A stretch of DNA of 60,039 nt, filler included, from Fonticula-like sp. SCN 57-25 (taxonomy: Eukaryota): the NCBI GenBank assembly GCA_001724245.1. It is 4 parts of 4 records of this genome, joined end to end, with 100 filler letters (N's around TTAATTAATTAA, not from the genome) between each part and the next. Parts side by side here need not be neighbours in the genome. Positions count along the whole stretch, not along the records: positions 14,638 to 31,133 come from MEDX01000158.1; positions 31,234 to 45,616 come from MEDX01000160.1; 2 more parts are not named here. The stretch is one strand, 5' to 3'. Position numbers and translations under genes: made by a program. Below are positions 23,706 to 35,707 of the stretch, piece by piece (position 1 is the stretch's first letter; the number at the start of each line of letters is the position of its first letter). Below the pieces are notes generated by a model. It was not told the DNA's origin, searched no databases, and was given only the letters and a program-made list of their open reading frames with translations.

Positions 23706-25192
23706 ATGGAGACCATCCGTGTGCGGTGGAAGCTGAACGGAGTAGTCGATAGTAATCTTTTTCCAGCCGACTCGCTATGGGCGGATGTCCGCAACTACAT
23801 TTGGAACATTTGGGACATTAGTTTTAGGTGTGGACAAGCAGTTCCGGCTGTTCCGCTTGAAATCTTCCGCGTACGCATTATTGGCGCGCGTTTGACCGTT
23901 GGCTTACTTTTTCGCGCGCACTTTTTTCTTCTCTTTGACCCACAGCTCAGACTACCAGTTGACGGGGGCGACGGTTCCGAGGTTCAATACGGTCAGGAGG
24001 TCGACTATTTTGAGGAAATCCGCAAAAGTACACCCACTAGCAAGGAAGCGCCACTCTTGGTGGAGATTAAACAGGTTCCATATTTTGCACCTTCTTTTGG
24101 GCAAATTTATGACAATAGATATCATTGTGCGCACTATTTCCCCCTTGAGAATGTTTGCTCGATCATTTTTTTAACGGGCAGTAATACCACAGATCGCTAT
24201 GAGTTTGAGCCTCTCGACGTTCCGGAAGGGGATAATTTGAATGCATTGTCCGATCTTCTTTCCATTCCTATCCGTAACAAGGTGAAGGTCCCTCCTGCCA
24301 TAGCCGCTATCTTTTGGGAACTACTCGGAGTTCGAGCTACAACCTTACCCGACTGGATGGAACTCGACCCATCTTCAACAAGACACTATTATCTGTGGCA
24401 CAACATCACGAGAGTCTTGCTCCACGAACGCGCGGCAGGTGGCGCGGCAGGTATTCACGCTCGCGTCGACGCTGCCCTCTCTGTGATTAATTGCAACAGG
24501 ACCATGCAACTTACCCGGGACGATAAGACAGACTCTTTTCCCGACGCATGGCTTGTGATTGATGGTTACCCTCCACTCGTGATTGTCGAAGAAGCGAATG
24601 CCACTTTCCTTGCTAATCCAACGTACAAACTGCAAAAGAAGTTTAGGCGATTTCCCGATTACACGGGGTTGCCTTTTGTTATTGGCATAGCCATCGAAGA
24701 CGACTATGTGACTATCCATCGAATGTCATTGGACAACGACAGCAAAACCCAGGAAGGCCTACTTTCAGAGTTCCCTGCTGGGAGATTGAATCTTCGAATA
24801 TCGCAGGAGAGGATTCGATTTATTCAAGTCCTCATCAATCTGGGACGCTATTGTGACGCAGTTTATCAGAATCCGAGAAGGTACATAATGTTCAGCGGCC
24901 ACCGTTTTTTTGCTCCTAATTATTAAATTAATAATTGATCGCGCCAATTCGACTGTCACCACGTCTCTCTATCACATTATCAAGAGCTTTATTATTAAAC
25001 ATGAGCGTTCCGAGGACACGGTCTGGCTGGCTTCAATGGAGAGGTTTTACAAAGACACGGCGGAGATTCCGTAATCTTGAGCAATGCAAACGATTTTTTA
25101 GAAAGCGCGCCTACGACGGTTCTCGCAATATAGTGCGTTGCTTGATACTTCGATTGGACCAAAAGCATCCAAAACCACATAATTATAAATGA
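23706..25192 (+). pseudogene. Crinkler (CRN)-type effector: Ubl header + REase-fold domain + frameshifted, truncated kinase remnant
   Basis: ATG at 23706. The header ends TSKEAPLLVEI (intron 23871-23945). The REase-like segment is NRTMQLTRDDKTDSFPDAWLVIDG...IVEEA...LPFVIGIAIED. After the stop at 24926, frameshifted fragments RANSTVTTSLYHIIK...MERFYKDTAEIP/NLE resemble the start of a CRN kinase. Confidence 0.6.
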
Positions 25193-25436
25193 TTTTCTCA
25201 CACCTGCCTCTTCTGTTGGTTTTTTTGATCCTAATAATTTTTACTGGGCCATTTACGTTTTGCATCTCCCTACTTTCCGATCCCTCACAGCAGTACATCG
25301 AAAAACTATATGCAACTATCGAAAGAAAAGGCGGCTTCCACATGTCCACCGCCCCCCAAAAACAAATACAAAAATGACGCAGTATCAAACAGGCGATGCG
25401 AAACAAGACACTCATTTCTACTTTTAATCCTCTACT

Positions 25437-27797
25437 CTAGCATTCACACGACATGAGCGCCTCTGCAATGTCCGACCCGCCGCAGCAATCTGTGCCGTCG
25501 CAGTCCGTCTCGATGCACACGCACCCCACCGCCCCCCCACACGCGCCATCAATGCCATCAATGCCACCCAAAATGCTGCCCGACATGTCGCCAAAGCAGA
25601 GCGCCGTCGTCGCTATGACAACGATGCTGCCAATGACAATCCCGCCAATGGCGACCGCCGTGCCCGCCGCGCCGCGTTCCTTTTCCGCCTGCTGCTTGGC
25701 CTCGTCGGTCGTCTCGTACGCGACCATGCACGTGAACGGGCTCGCAATCGACTCGCGCACCGACAGGTCGACCGCCTGGCGACGCCACTCGGCGCCGCCG
25801 GTGAGCCACGCCTGCGTGCTCAGGTGGTCGAGACGCTGCTTGGCAAACACGCGGTCGATCGGGATCGCGTCGGCGGGGCGCGAAAGTACGCGCGACTCGA
25901 ACGATTCGCGGCGCGCGTCCCGGCCCATGAGGAGAATGTGTGGCGGGAAAGTGCCGCTGAACTGGCCAGAGAGGACGAGAGGGTGGCCAAAAAAGAGGTC
26001 GGGGATTGGATAGGGGTTGAAGGATACACTGCGGGCTTGGCGGCTGATGCCAACGCGCACGTCGGTGAGGAGGGGGAGCTGGCTCAGCGATAAAAGACGC
26101 GACATTTGAGAATAGATTGTCGACGCGTCAAAGGCAACGTCGAAAAAGCCGCGGCCAATCGTGCTCAAAAGCTAAGAAAGAGTTAGTAAAAACTGCATTG
26201 GCAATAGGAAACAAAGCCACAAACAGAGGGCAAAAAAAAAAATAACATGGTACGAAAAATACCGGCCACAAGGGCCTCATACACAGAGGCAACCAAATAC
26301 TAAACACACGCAAACTGCAAACCGGCGTACCTTTAAAAAGACTTGGTTACACGCCGCGCCGATGCCAAACGTGTTGATTCGAATGTTTGTGCGCAGCGTT
26401 GTCGCCCACACGCAAATGTCGCGCTCGTTGAGGACGGCGCCGTCGGTGACGAGAAAGATGAATGGGAGCGCCGCCGGCGACGTAATTGAGGCCGCCGTGA
26501 GCATTCGGACGGCGGCCCTCAGCGGCGAAAATATGTCTGTAAGCCCGTCTGGCGTGACCATGTCGATCCACGCGCGCGCCTCTGCTATCGACGCGTCGGT
26601 GACCGGGACGAGCTCTGACTTGAAGTAGAATTGGAATTCGTTGAATGCAATAATGTTGAAGAGGTCGCCCGGCGCGAGCGCGTCGACGCCCTGGCGGATG
26701 GCCTGGAGCGCCGCGGCGGCGACCGGGCCGCCCATCGAGCCGGAGCGGTCCACTACAAAGACGACGCTCCGGTTAAAGGTCGGCAGCATCGACTCTGGCG
26801 GCGTCACGATCACGCAAAAGGAGCCGCGCGGATCGGTAGTCTTGTCGTCGCACAGCACGGGCTCCTCGACAAGAAGCGTCGACGTGATCTCTTCGTTCCA
26901 GATCGTGTACGAAAGAGAAAAGTCGCCGTTGGGCCAGGCGACAGTCGGAAGTGATCGCGAGCGGATCCGCGTAGGGCTCTGCTCGATGCACTCGAGCGAG
27001 TGGCTTGCGTGGCCCCAGCGAGCCGGGATGCCGCCAGTGTCAACAGAAACATTCACATTGACGATGCCGGCGAGATCAGATGCGTCGCCGATCATTGACG
27101 GGTCAAAGGTCAGCGGCAGCGACAAAACATACGCGCCCTCATCGCAGTGGAGGCGCTCAAAGTAGGTAATCGAAAACGTCACCTCATCGCCAGAGGCGAG
27201 ATCGCCAAAGGGGAGAACAAAGGCAGAGGTGGCGCTCACGGGTGGAGCAACAAAATTCTGTAATTCATTGCCGGCGACATCGACCAGCGTATTGTGCTCG
27301 GCTAACCGGCGCGCCTCCTTGATTGGCACAACGGCCGTCTCCACCAGGCGCTTATTAAACCGCACCTGGCAGCCGGTCACGGTCGCGCCCGGCTTGAGCG
27401 GCACGTGCACGGCGCAGCGGCCCTCCCGGCCGCTCATATTAACAAACGTGCCGCGCAGCTCGACAAAGCTTGCAACGATGCAAACTTGCACCGAGGCATC
27501 GAGCCGGCGGAGCGAGAGCGGCCACGAGTAGCCGTCCGAAGTCCGGAAAAGAAATACATGGGGGCAGTTGTTGGAGGGAGAAGAGACAGAGGAAGGCGCT
27601 ATCCCTCCCGATACCGAGCTCTTTAGCGGGATCATTGCTGGGCCGCTTGGCCGCCGAGGCCGCCACAGGTCCTCGATTGTCTGATTGTCCGGAATCGGGA
27701 CTCGCCCACGTGTACAGGGCTGTGTCAATGCTGTAGGATCGTATGCGCGGTCGCGGCCTGCTTGGCGATGCTGCGCGCCGAGGTGGACGGGGGGCAA
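25437..27797 (-). CDS. VIT + von Willebrand A domain protein (ITIH/VWA5A-like) with C-terminal hydrophobic helix and Cys-rich tail; start uncertain
   Basis: MIDAS motif VFVVDRSGSM, FNIIAFN, IFLVTDGAV, INTFGIG, then PIPDLFFGHPLVLSG. Intron ~26330-26172. The tail ends ...CCGGSDIAEALMSCEC*. Confidence 0.85.
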
Positions 27798-28038
27798 GGG
27801 CCAAAGTACACAAAATTAAACATAAATAGACCGAAAATAAAAGAAAGGAGGCAATGTAACTCATTACATACATTAATTTCGTTGTCGTATGCCGATCAGC
27901 TATGCACAAAGGGGGCGCCGCTATCGGCGGGGACCGGGCCGCCACGCAAATAGAGGTGGGGAAAAGGCGGCCCGTGAAACAAACATGAAAATAAACGCCT
28001 AAATAAACGCCTAAATAATATACTTGACCGGCGGATGT

Positions 28039-28417
28039 CTATTGAGACGAAGGCAGGCCTGTCGATGGCGGGGCCGCCGCCTCCGGGGCATTCTTGAGCT
28101 CGTTACTCCGACGCCTCGTTTGGCTGGCAATCACGCTCACCATCATAAACCCAATTGTGGCGCCCTGAAAGAGCACGCGGTAGCGCATCAGCAGCTGCGA
28201 CCTGACCTTGTCGCCGCGGTTAAACGCGCGCATGCCGGCGAGCAGCACGCCGCACGTAGCCCTGTTGCATGACTTAGCATTGGCATAAAAAACGTAAAAA
28301 TAAAACGCACGCCACGCCAATAGGCACGAGAGGGTCGCTCTTGAACTTGCGCCCCATCCGCTCAAAGAACGTCTCGTCCTTTGGCACCGGCGACGGCTTA
28401 AACTCTGGCTCCGACAT
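28039..28417 (-). CDS. HIG1-domain mitochondrial protein (Rcf1/HIGD2A-like), 2 exons
   Basis: The spliced product reads MSEPEFKP...RKFKSDPLVPIGVAATCGVLLAGMRAFNRGDKVRSQLLMRYRVLFQGATI. Confidence 0.9.
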
Positions 28418-28484
28418 GATGACACGGTCAGATGCGGAAGGAGATGGGATGTCACATCCGAATCCGCCCTGGATTGTCTATAAA

Positions 28485-30080
28485 ATGCGCGGGAAGGACG
28501 CGCCCTTGTCGGCGCGCGCCCGCGCGAGCGGCAACGATGCCTTTCGGCAAGCACAATGGGAGTCGGCGGCGCACTTTTATACCGACGCGATATGCCTGGC
28601 GCCGCTGGAGAGCGCCGAACTGGGCGCCGCGTATGGAAACCGATCGGCTGCTCTCTTTGAACTGGCGCAATGGCGCGCGTGCATCGACGACATTTCGTGC
28701 GCGCTGGCGCTGCCCGCGGTGTCGCCCGGCGCACACGAAAAGCTGCTCCGTCGGCGCGACGCCTGCAAGAAAGACTCTTTTGATTCGCAAGATGACGCTT
28801 TATCACCGGAAGCGGTTTCATCGAATATCGCGACACGGATCACGGCCGATGAGGGCCGCTTCCTGGTCGCGGGCGATGCGGGATTCCAGTCCAATGTCGT
28901 CCTTGTCGATAATGAGCGCCCTCTCGCATGCGTCGCCAACGAAGGAGCCCATGTGTGCTGGTCGTGCCTTTCTTCTCCGCTTTGTTTAATCCCTTGCGAC
29001 CGATGCCGCCATGCGCGATTCTGCTCGGTCGCCTGCCGCGCGGCATCCGCCTACCACGAATCCACAGACTGTGCCTCTGCCCCCCCCCTGTCGCCGCGAC
29101 TCCGGCTCGCCGCTCGACTCTTATTTGAATTTCCGAGCGTTGATTGGTCCGCCAGCGTCACTTTGTCCCACGATGCTCATGAACTGCGCGGGTCGGCCGC
29201 CGCTGCTGCGCTCGCGCGGACATCCCGAACCGATCCCGATGTCGCTCCCGTCGCCGCATACCTGCGCGCATCACTACCCGACTATGAGCGCGATATTTCC
29301 GCGCAGTTGCTAGGCGCATTGCAGCGCGTAGACGCGAACGCCTTCGCGGTCCGCCACCGCCGTTCGCGATCCCGCGGCGCCTTGGAGTCTGCCGAAGACG
29401 TTGCCGTCGGCATTGCGACGTACGCCCTTTCGAGCCTATTCAACCACGCGTGCGCGCCAAACTGCGCCGCGACCTTTACTGGCGGCTGCATCAGCGTGCG
29501 GACGACACGGCGCGTTGTGGGCGGCGACGCGCTTACCGTTTCGTACGGCCCGCTGGCGTCGCGCGAGCCGACCGATGCGCGAAAGGCCGCGTTGAGCGAC
29601 CGCTACGGGTTTAGCTGTCGGTGCGCGGCGTGCGCCGCCAACGCACCGGCCTCGGCGTTGCTCCTGCGTTGTCCACGAGGCTGCAGTGGCGCTGTGCGGC
29701 CGCCGGCGGAGCGCCACGCGGCAATAGCATGTGCGTCGTGCGGCGGCGAGCTCGATGCGTCCGTGGCGCAAGTGCTGCGAGACGGGCGCGCGCATACGCG
29801 AGGCGCGCAGCAGGCGCTTCAGAAAGGAAACACAGAGGGCGCGCTGGCCGAGGCGCGCGCGGGAGTCGCGCTGCTCGCCGCCGTGCTGCACCCGTCGTGC
29901 CTCGCCATGGGGGAGGCGTATGACATCATGGCGCAGTGCTTTGTGGAGAAGGGCTCGTTTAGGGAGGCGGCCGATGCGGTCGAGAAGAGCATCATTGCGG
30001 CGGTCGAGGCGTTCGGTGAGGGCAGCCTCGAGGTGGAGGCGGAGCGCGCAAAGCTGCATAGCATCACTGTGCATCTCTAG
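28485..30080 (+). CDS. SMYD4: TPR-SET-MYND lysine methyltransferase (SMYD4-like); alternative ATG at 28449
   Basis: TPR (RASGNDAF...YGNRSAALF), MYND finger (CWSC...CDRC...FCSVAC...H...C), SET (NAF, SLFNHACAPN, TVSYG) and post-SET (FSCRCAAC). Confidence 0.85.
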   Translation: MRGKDAPLSARARASGNDAFRQAQWESAAHFYTDAICLAPLESAELGAAYGNRSAALFELAQWRACIDDISCALALPAVSPGAHEKLLRRRDACKKDSFDSQDDALSPEAVSSNIATRITADEGRFLVAGDAGFQSNVVLVDNERPLACVANEGAHVCWSCLSSPLCLIPCDRCRHARFCSVACRAASAYHESTDCASAPPLSPRLRLAARLLFEFPSVDWSASVTLSHDAHELRGSAAAAALARTSRTDPDVAPVAAYLRASLPDYERDISAQLLGALQRVDANAFAVRHRRSRSRGALESAEDVAVGIATYALSSLFNHACAPNCAATFTGGCISVRTTRRVVGGDALTVSYGPLASREPTDARKAALSDRYGFSCRCAACAANAPASALLLRCPRGCSGAVRPPAERHAAIACASCGGELDASVAQVLRDGRAHTRGAQQALQKGNTEGALAEARAGVALLAAVLHPSCLAMGEAYDIMAQCFVEKGSFREAADAVEKSIIAAVEAFGEGSLEVEAERAKLHSITVHL

Positions 30081-30493
30081 AAAATTTTTGTGTACATTCT
30101 TGATGCTTTTGTAAAGGTGATTTTTGCCAAGCGTGGCAGGTGGATATTTATGTTGTATGAACTACGAGCAATGAACCATGTTACAATGTCGTTATGTATG
30201 GAAGGATACGCTCCATAATTGTCAAAATATCGTGCTACCGACATCAGTCAGCACGCGTAGTAGCCGACCACTATCGTCGGTTCAGTAGCGTAGTTGGGCG
30301 CCACGGCGCCGGCCACGGTCCCTGGCCAGAAACGCTGTTAATGTGCCGCGTGATCATTATTGATGGCGGATCGATAGACCACGCATGCGATTGGTTAACA
30401 TCCAACCAATCAGCGTTGTTCACTTTCGGAGGGCACAGACAGCAGTGACAGACTACTTTGCAGCAGCTTTGCAACAGCAGCAGATCTAGCAGG

Positions 30494-31133
30494 ATGGCTG
30501 GATGGCGACGATGGCGGGCCGCGCTGGCGTTCGTGGCGGCGATCCTCGTCTGCGGTATGTGCTCGTGTCGTCATCTTTATTCTTTCTTACACACAGATAC
30601 ACGTGTTTTTTAGTTGGGGGCGTGAACGACAGCAGGGCGTACGAGTTTGCAGGTGACTGACTATACGTCCACTCACGAGAGGGGAGAAAACTTTGGACCT
30701 CACAGTACGATTGTGGTTGATGCCCTGGGCGAAAGCTGACGTGTTTCATCGAATAGAGAACACATACTACTACAACTTGGGATCAGGAACTTCGGCAGCT
30801 CTCTACCACTACCTCCAATTCAACTTTGCGACGATTGCGGTACGCTCTTTGGAGAATCTTCCCGTGTTTGCCGTGGCGATGATGATTTCAGCGACCTACT
30901 AATCTTGTGCGCCTTTCTTTCATGATCGTAGCCAACACCCTCGCGTTTTTGCGCTTATGGTTCCCCGACCTTCAACATCAGGCCCACCACTGCGGCCACT
31001 TTGACTCGCACCTGGAGCCAAATCCGAGTTGATGCGCCGGTGACAATATGGTGCGCTTGCCTCGGCGTAATACTTGGGCACCGCACTGACAAAAACCAAC
31101 CCGTTTCTTTTAGGACAAACAAAGGCGTTACCT
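30494..31133 (+). CDS. Putative secreted/surface protein, 5' part (multi-exon, runs into gap)
   Basis: The spliced product MAGWRRWRAALAFVAAILVCVGGVNDSRAYEFAENTYYYNLGSG...PTPSRFCAYGSPTF... begins with a signal-peptide-like segment. GT-AG introns start at ~30555, 30653 and 30840. Confidence 0.5.
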
Positions 31134-31233
31134 NNNNNNNNNNNNNNNNNNNNNNNNNNNNNNNNNNNNNNNNNNNNTTAATTAATTAANNNNNNNNNNN
31201 NNNNNNNNNNNNNNNNNNNNNNNNNNNNNNNNN
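31134..31233. other. Assembly gap with artificial linker
   Basis: N run + TTAATTAATTAA + N run. Confidence 0.97.
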
Positions 31234-31284
31234 GGGGGGGTAGAGGGAGGTGGGGGATGGGGAGTGGAGGGGAGAGGAAGGTGT

Positions 31285-31460
31285 GGCTGGTGTGATTTAT
31301 GATGATTTTGGTATGATTTTGGTGTGATTTATGGTGCTTTATGGTGATTTTGGTGTGATTTTGGTGTGATTTTGGTGTGATTTTGGTATGATTTATGGTG
31401 ATTCTGGTATGCTTTTGGTGTGTACTTTATGTGTACTTTATGTGTACTTTTTTGTGTACT
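31285..31460 (+). repeat. (GGTGTGATTTT)n-like minisatellite in the kinesin intron
   Basis: Iterated ggtgtgatttt units followed by gtgtacttta units. Confidence 0.8.
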
Positions 31461-31482
31461 TGAAAATCTAACTTTTCAATAG

Positions 31483-32404
31483 ACAACCGAACTTGAAACG
31501 TTTAAAGAAATGCGCGAAAATCTCCTTCTCGACCTCCAAACGCGCTGCCGCCGCGTCATCGACCTCGAGCTCGCCCTCGACGAGGCGCGCGACAAGTACC
31601 AGAGCGCGATGAAGTCGACTGGTCTCAAGAAGCAGCACACGGACCTGCAAAAGCTGAACCAGTTTGCAGAGCAGCTGCAGCACTTGCAGCGGCAGTTGTT
31701 GCTGCAGAATCAGGCGCTGAGGAAGGAGCGCGACGTGCTGAATAGGAAGCTGTCGGGGAGGAATGAGAGGCTGAGGAGTTTGGAGTTGCTGATTAGGGAG
31801 CATAAGGAGAAGGCGGCGCGCGACGAGGAGCGGTGCGAAAGATGCAGTTGATTACATGGGATACTAATTATTGAATTGTTATTTGTTATATTATTGTCGT
31901 TTGTGGTGTATTTATTGTGTTTGTTTCTGTCTTTTTTTGTGCCATTTTGTCCCATTTGTGCCATTTTGCCTCTTTTCTGCTACTTTTTCTGCCACTTTTT
32001 TGCCATTTCCCTATCTTTTCCCCTACCTTTCCGCCACTTTTCCGCCACTTTTCGCCACGTTTTTCTATAGGTATGAATCCGAGATCAGCGCCCTTCGCGC
32101 CCAAGCGTCGCGCCGCGAGTCCGCCTTTGGCACTGCCGCGCACTCGTCGCGCATCGTCAAGCCGATCCGCGGCGGCGTCCACACCGCCGACGACAAAAGT
32201 GGCACAACTGTTGCGCCACCGACAACGCCTCAGCCTGCCGTCACTTCTGCAAGCTCAAGCTCGCTCAGTACGCACATTTAATTCATTTTTTTATTTTATT
32301 TTTTTCTTTTGCTGATGAAGTGGCGTTGATAGGCTCGCCGGCGCCGCGCGCGTGGTCGAATTTGTTTGCGCGAAAGACGTCGCCGTCGGCGGCGGCCGCT
32401 GACC
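31483..32404 (+). CDS. Kinesin-1 heavy chain, C-terminal coiled-coil and tail (5' end in gap; last exon uncertain)
   Basis: LLLDLQTRCRRVIDLELALDEARDKY...LRKERDVLNRKLSGRNERLRSLE is a fungal-type cargo-binding coil, and RIVKPIRGG is the autoinhibitory IAK motif. Confidence 0.85.
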
Positions 32405-33147
32405 GTGCGTATTTATTTCGCTTTTAATGTTGGCTTACGTGTGATTATTAGCAAATTCTTCTGTATAATTAACATCCATTTATCACCGGATACCAACATG
32501 CCACTTTTATGCCACTTTATGCTCACAAGACCGCTCTTTATGCACTCGGAAACATGCTATTTACAACTTGTATATCCACATGCTACCACTTTTTAATACG
32601 CATTTCCACAATCCAACTCATTATTATATACACTCTTTACTTTTAGTACACTCTTAGTACACATTGTCATAGTATCCATAATATTATACTATGTACTCAG
32701 CCGTCGAAAGTCAAACAGGATGTATTCACATTCCAGAACATAGTCACCTTTCGAAGCCATTATAGTACTTTATATTCGCGTATCATATGTCACAATACCC
32801 TTTCGCGCCACATCACCTTGCTAATATTGCACTTTTATATAGGTCTTTCTTTTGTTCAGTCCAGCTCTCGTTGCACTGGAGCCCTTCCGTGGAATCCTGG
32901 GTGAACATTCCAGCCCATCTGCGCGGCCTGTGATTGGTCAATTTCTGCTTACGTCATCATTCTCCTAAGACAAAAAAATTCTTGTCCTTGCGTGTTTGAC
33001 TGAAAAACACCCGAAAGTTGCCTTGCTTTGCGGGACCACATCGGTGACCGTAAACAAGCGCGGCATCTTGGACGCGCGCGCGCCTCTCTTTCGCGTCTTT
33101 CTTTTCTGTAGTTAATCGCCACACGCGCGGTTCCAATCTTCGACGCC

Positions 33148-34619
33148 ATGTCGATCGGCCCAACGGCCAACTTTGTCGTGGAGGCGGGCCGGCCCGACGC
33201 CAAGGTGACGGGCGTGCACGAGTCGCTGCTGCAGGAGAGCGAAAAGGACATTATCTTTTACAAGGAGTTTTTCGTCGGGAAAGGTGCGCGGCGCGCTGCT
33301 TTTGTGTTGCGTGTGTTGCTCACGTGGGGGTAAAGATCACGTCAATCTGATTGCGGCCGAATCGAGCCTCGGTCCCATCTCGGTGTCGCTGATCCTCGCC
33401 GACGGTGAGTACAAGGCCGTCGTGCGCACGGACAAGGTGCGTTCTTTTCCCTCTTTTTCTATTGTTTTCCTGTAGCATAAAGGCCTCTTTCTGTCGGCCC
33501 TCTCTTGGCCTTTGCACCATCTCTGATCGCGATCGCTGACTTGCGCGCAGGGGAGCGAGCGCCTGGCGTGCAGCGCGAGCGCGGTGCCGGTGCCTTTCTG
33601 GCGCAAGGTGCTCAAGCTCGGCCCGTCGATACCGAGCATCCTCGCGGCGCTGTCGCCGTCGCTGCCAGTGTCGGCACTTACGGTGTGCAAGAGCGCCAAC
33701 CTGCCGGCCGAGCTGCTCGCCATGGAGGAGAGGCAGGTCATTAGGAGCTACAAGTTTGGCGTGCTCTACGCAAAGCACGGGCAGACGACAGAGACGGAAA
33801 TGTTTAATAACAACGGAGGTGCGTTTTGTGCTGTTTTTGGAAAGGAAGGGCGTGTTTTTGGTGCATGTTTGGTTGGTTTTGGTACCGTTTTGGTCTTTTT
33901 TCAGTGCTTTTTGGGCCTTTTCAGGTCAATTTTCAGTGCCTTTTGTGCTTTTTTGTGTCACTTTTATACACACTCACCTTCTATTTATCTTTGCTCACAC
34001 CCGCTCAGCCGAGACCTCGCCCGAGTACCGCCAATTCCTCTCCTTCCTTGGCGAGACGATCCCTCTCCGCGACTGGCGCGGCTACCGCGGCGGCCTCGAC
34101 GTTGTCAACGGCCTCACCGGCACCACCTCCGTCTACACCAAGTGGCAGGGCTACGAGATCATGATGCACGTCGGCACGATGCTCCCCCTCAACGAGCAGG
34201 AGGTGATCCAGCTCGAGCGCAAGCGTCACATTGGCAACGACATTCTCGTCATTATCTTCCAGGACAGCGACGAGGTGCCCGTGCAGCTCGACAGCGTCGA
34301 CTCGAAGCAGAATCACGTGTTTGCTGTTGTGTCGCCGCACGGTGACGGGTACAAGTTTGCGTTGGCGCGCAAGCAGGGCGTGCCAGAGTTTTCGCCGCCG
34401 CTGCCGGCGCCGTGCTACCTTACGAGGGACACGGTTGCACGTGACTTTTTCCTCCACAAGCGTACGCCTCTCTCTATTTAACCACTGTTTCTGTTGGCTC
34501 ACAGCGGGTCCATAGTCATTAATGGAGAGCGCGCGTCGTACAAGGCGCCGAGCTTTGCGCCAAAGATTGCGCGGACGCGCGCGGTTCTGCTCAAGGAGGT
34601 CGCCAGTAGGTTCCTCTGA
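33148..34619 (+). CDS. Rap/Ran-GAP domain protein (Rap1GAP-like), 5 exons
   Basis: YKFGVLYAK.GQTTETEMFNN, FLSFLGETIPL..W.GYRGGLDV, EIMMHV.T.LP, the Asn-thumb motif RKRHIGNDIL, and INGERA. Confidence 0.92.
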
Positions 34620-34924
34620 GGGCACTAGAAAAGTGCTGGGGCGGCGGCGGGTCGCGTGAGGGTGAATATTTGCGCTGATAAAAGTGGGTCTTATTTCTTT
34701 TCTCGTCTTGTTTTTTGTATGGCCGAGCTGAAAGACAGCCGCGCACAATGTAGACTAGCATTGACAGTGTTTATAATTGACAAGAATACGCTTACACTAT
34801 GTAAAAGAAAAGGTAATGTCGTTCTCGAACAACAGATGTGTATTTCAAGTCGTACAAATTGGGCTCATATTCATATTGGGTCCATATTGAAAAGTACCTG
34901 GAGCAGCATATCAACCAGATTCAA

Positions 34925-35707
34925 CTAGCGACGTGCAGAGCTAGGAGAAGGTCCGTAAGGCTCAACTTTTGCAGCTTGGCGTTGAGATGACCTTCCAGAG
35001 CGCCCTGTGGTTGGTGCTCTGTAAGGCGCGACGTTTGCTTCTCGAAGCCGACGGTAGGCGATCTCAAAGATCGCTTCGAGCTCCTCTGGCGTGCAAACCT
35101 CATGACGGTTATCAGCGACACCCGAATGCGAATCCTGCGATGCACCATTTGGTGCTCTGTAAGGCGCGACGTTTGCTTCTCGAAGCCGACGGTAGGCGAT
35201 CTCAAGGATAGCTTCGCGCTCCTCTGGCGTGCAAACCTCATGACGGTTATCAGCGACACCCGCATGCGAATCCTGCGATGTATCAAAGTGTTGAGTCATG
35301 CTTATTGCCTTTCTTAGTGGAAGCGGGCTGTGCTGTCTGGAAGGATTGAACTGGCGGAGGCAAGCGATGTCGACATCGTGACCGTCCGGACCAAAGCAGC
35401 AAAATGATGACACCGGTGCATCCCATTGGTGGAGCCGACCAATAACGTTCCCTGATTGGCCACCCTTGAATGGTATTGTGCAAGTCAGCGATGCGTCCCA
35501 ATGGAAGGTGTATGGAAGGCGCTCGTCGACCTGGTCAGCGGCACCAACTACAACACAATGAACACTATTATGCATGGCCTTCGCGAGCTCTGCGTCCAAG
35601 ATCGCCCGCGTCGCTGATCGCCATCTCGCTCCATCGCGATGATCGTCGTATGCCACATGAGCAATACCACAGGGGAAACCTTTTTTGAATGGACAAACCA
35701 GACACAC
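34925..35707 (-). CDS. Possible orphan ORF or gene remnant carrying the 46-codon duplication
   Basis: The frame is open for 260 codons and the duplication is in frame (SQDSH.GVADNRHEVCTPEE.EAI.EIAYRRLREANVAPYRAP twice). No family recognised and the start is unclear. Confidence 0.3.
   Translation of the reverse strand: MCLVCPFKKGFPCGIAHVAYDDHRDGARWRSATRAILDAELAKAMHNSVHCVVVGAADQVDERLPYTFHWDASLTCTIPFKGGQSGNVIGRLHQWDAPVSSFCCFGPDGHDVDIACLRQFNPSRQHSPLPLRKAISMTQHFDTSQDSHAGVADNRHEVCTPEEREAILEIAYRRLREANVAPYRAPNGASQDSHSGVADNRHEVCTPEELEAIFEIAYRRLREANVAPYRAPTTGRSGRSSQRQAAKVEPYGPSPSSARR
35011..35280. repeat. Near-identical tandem duplication, period 138 bp
   Basis: ttggtgctctgtaaggcgcg...aatcctgcgatg starts at 35011 and again at 35149. 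Confidence 0.92.
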
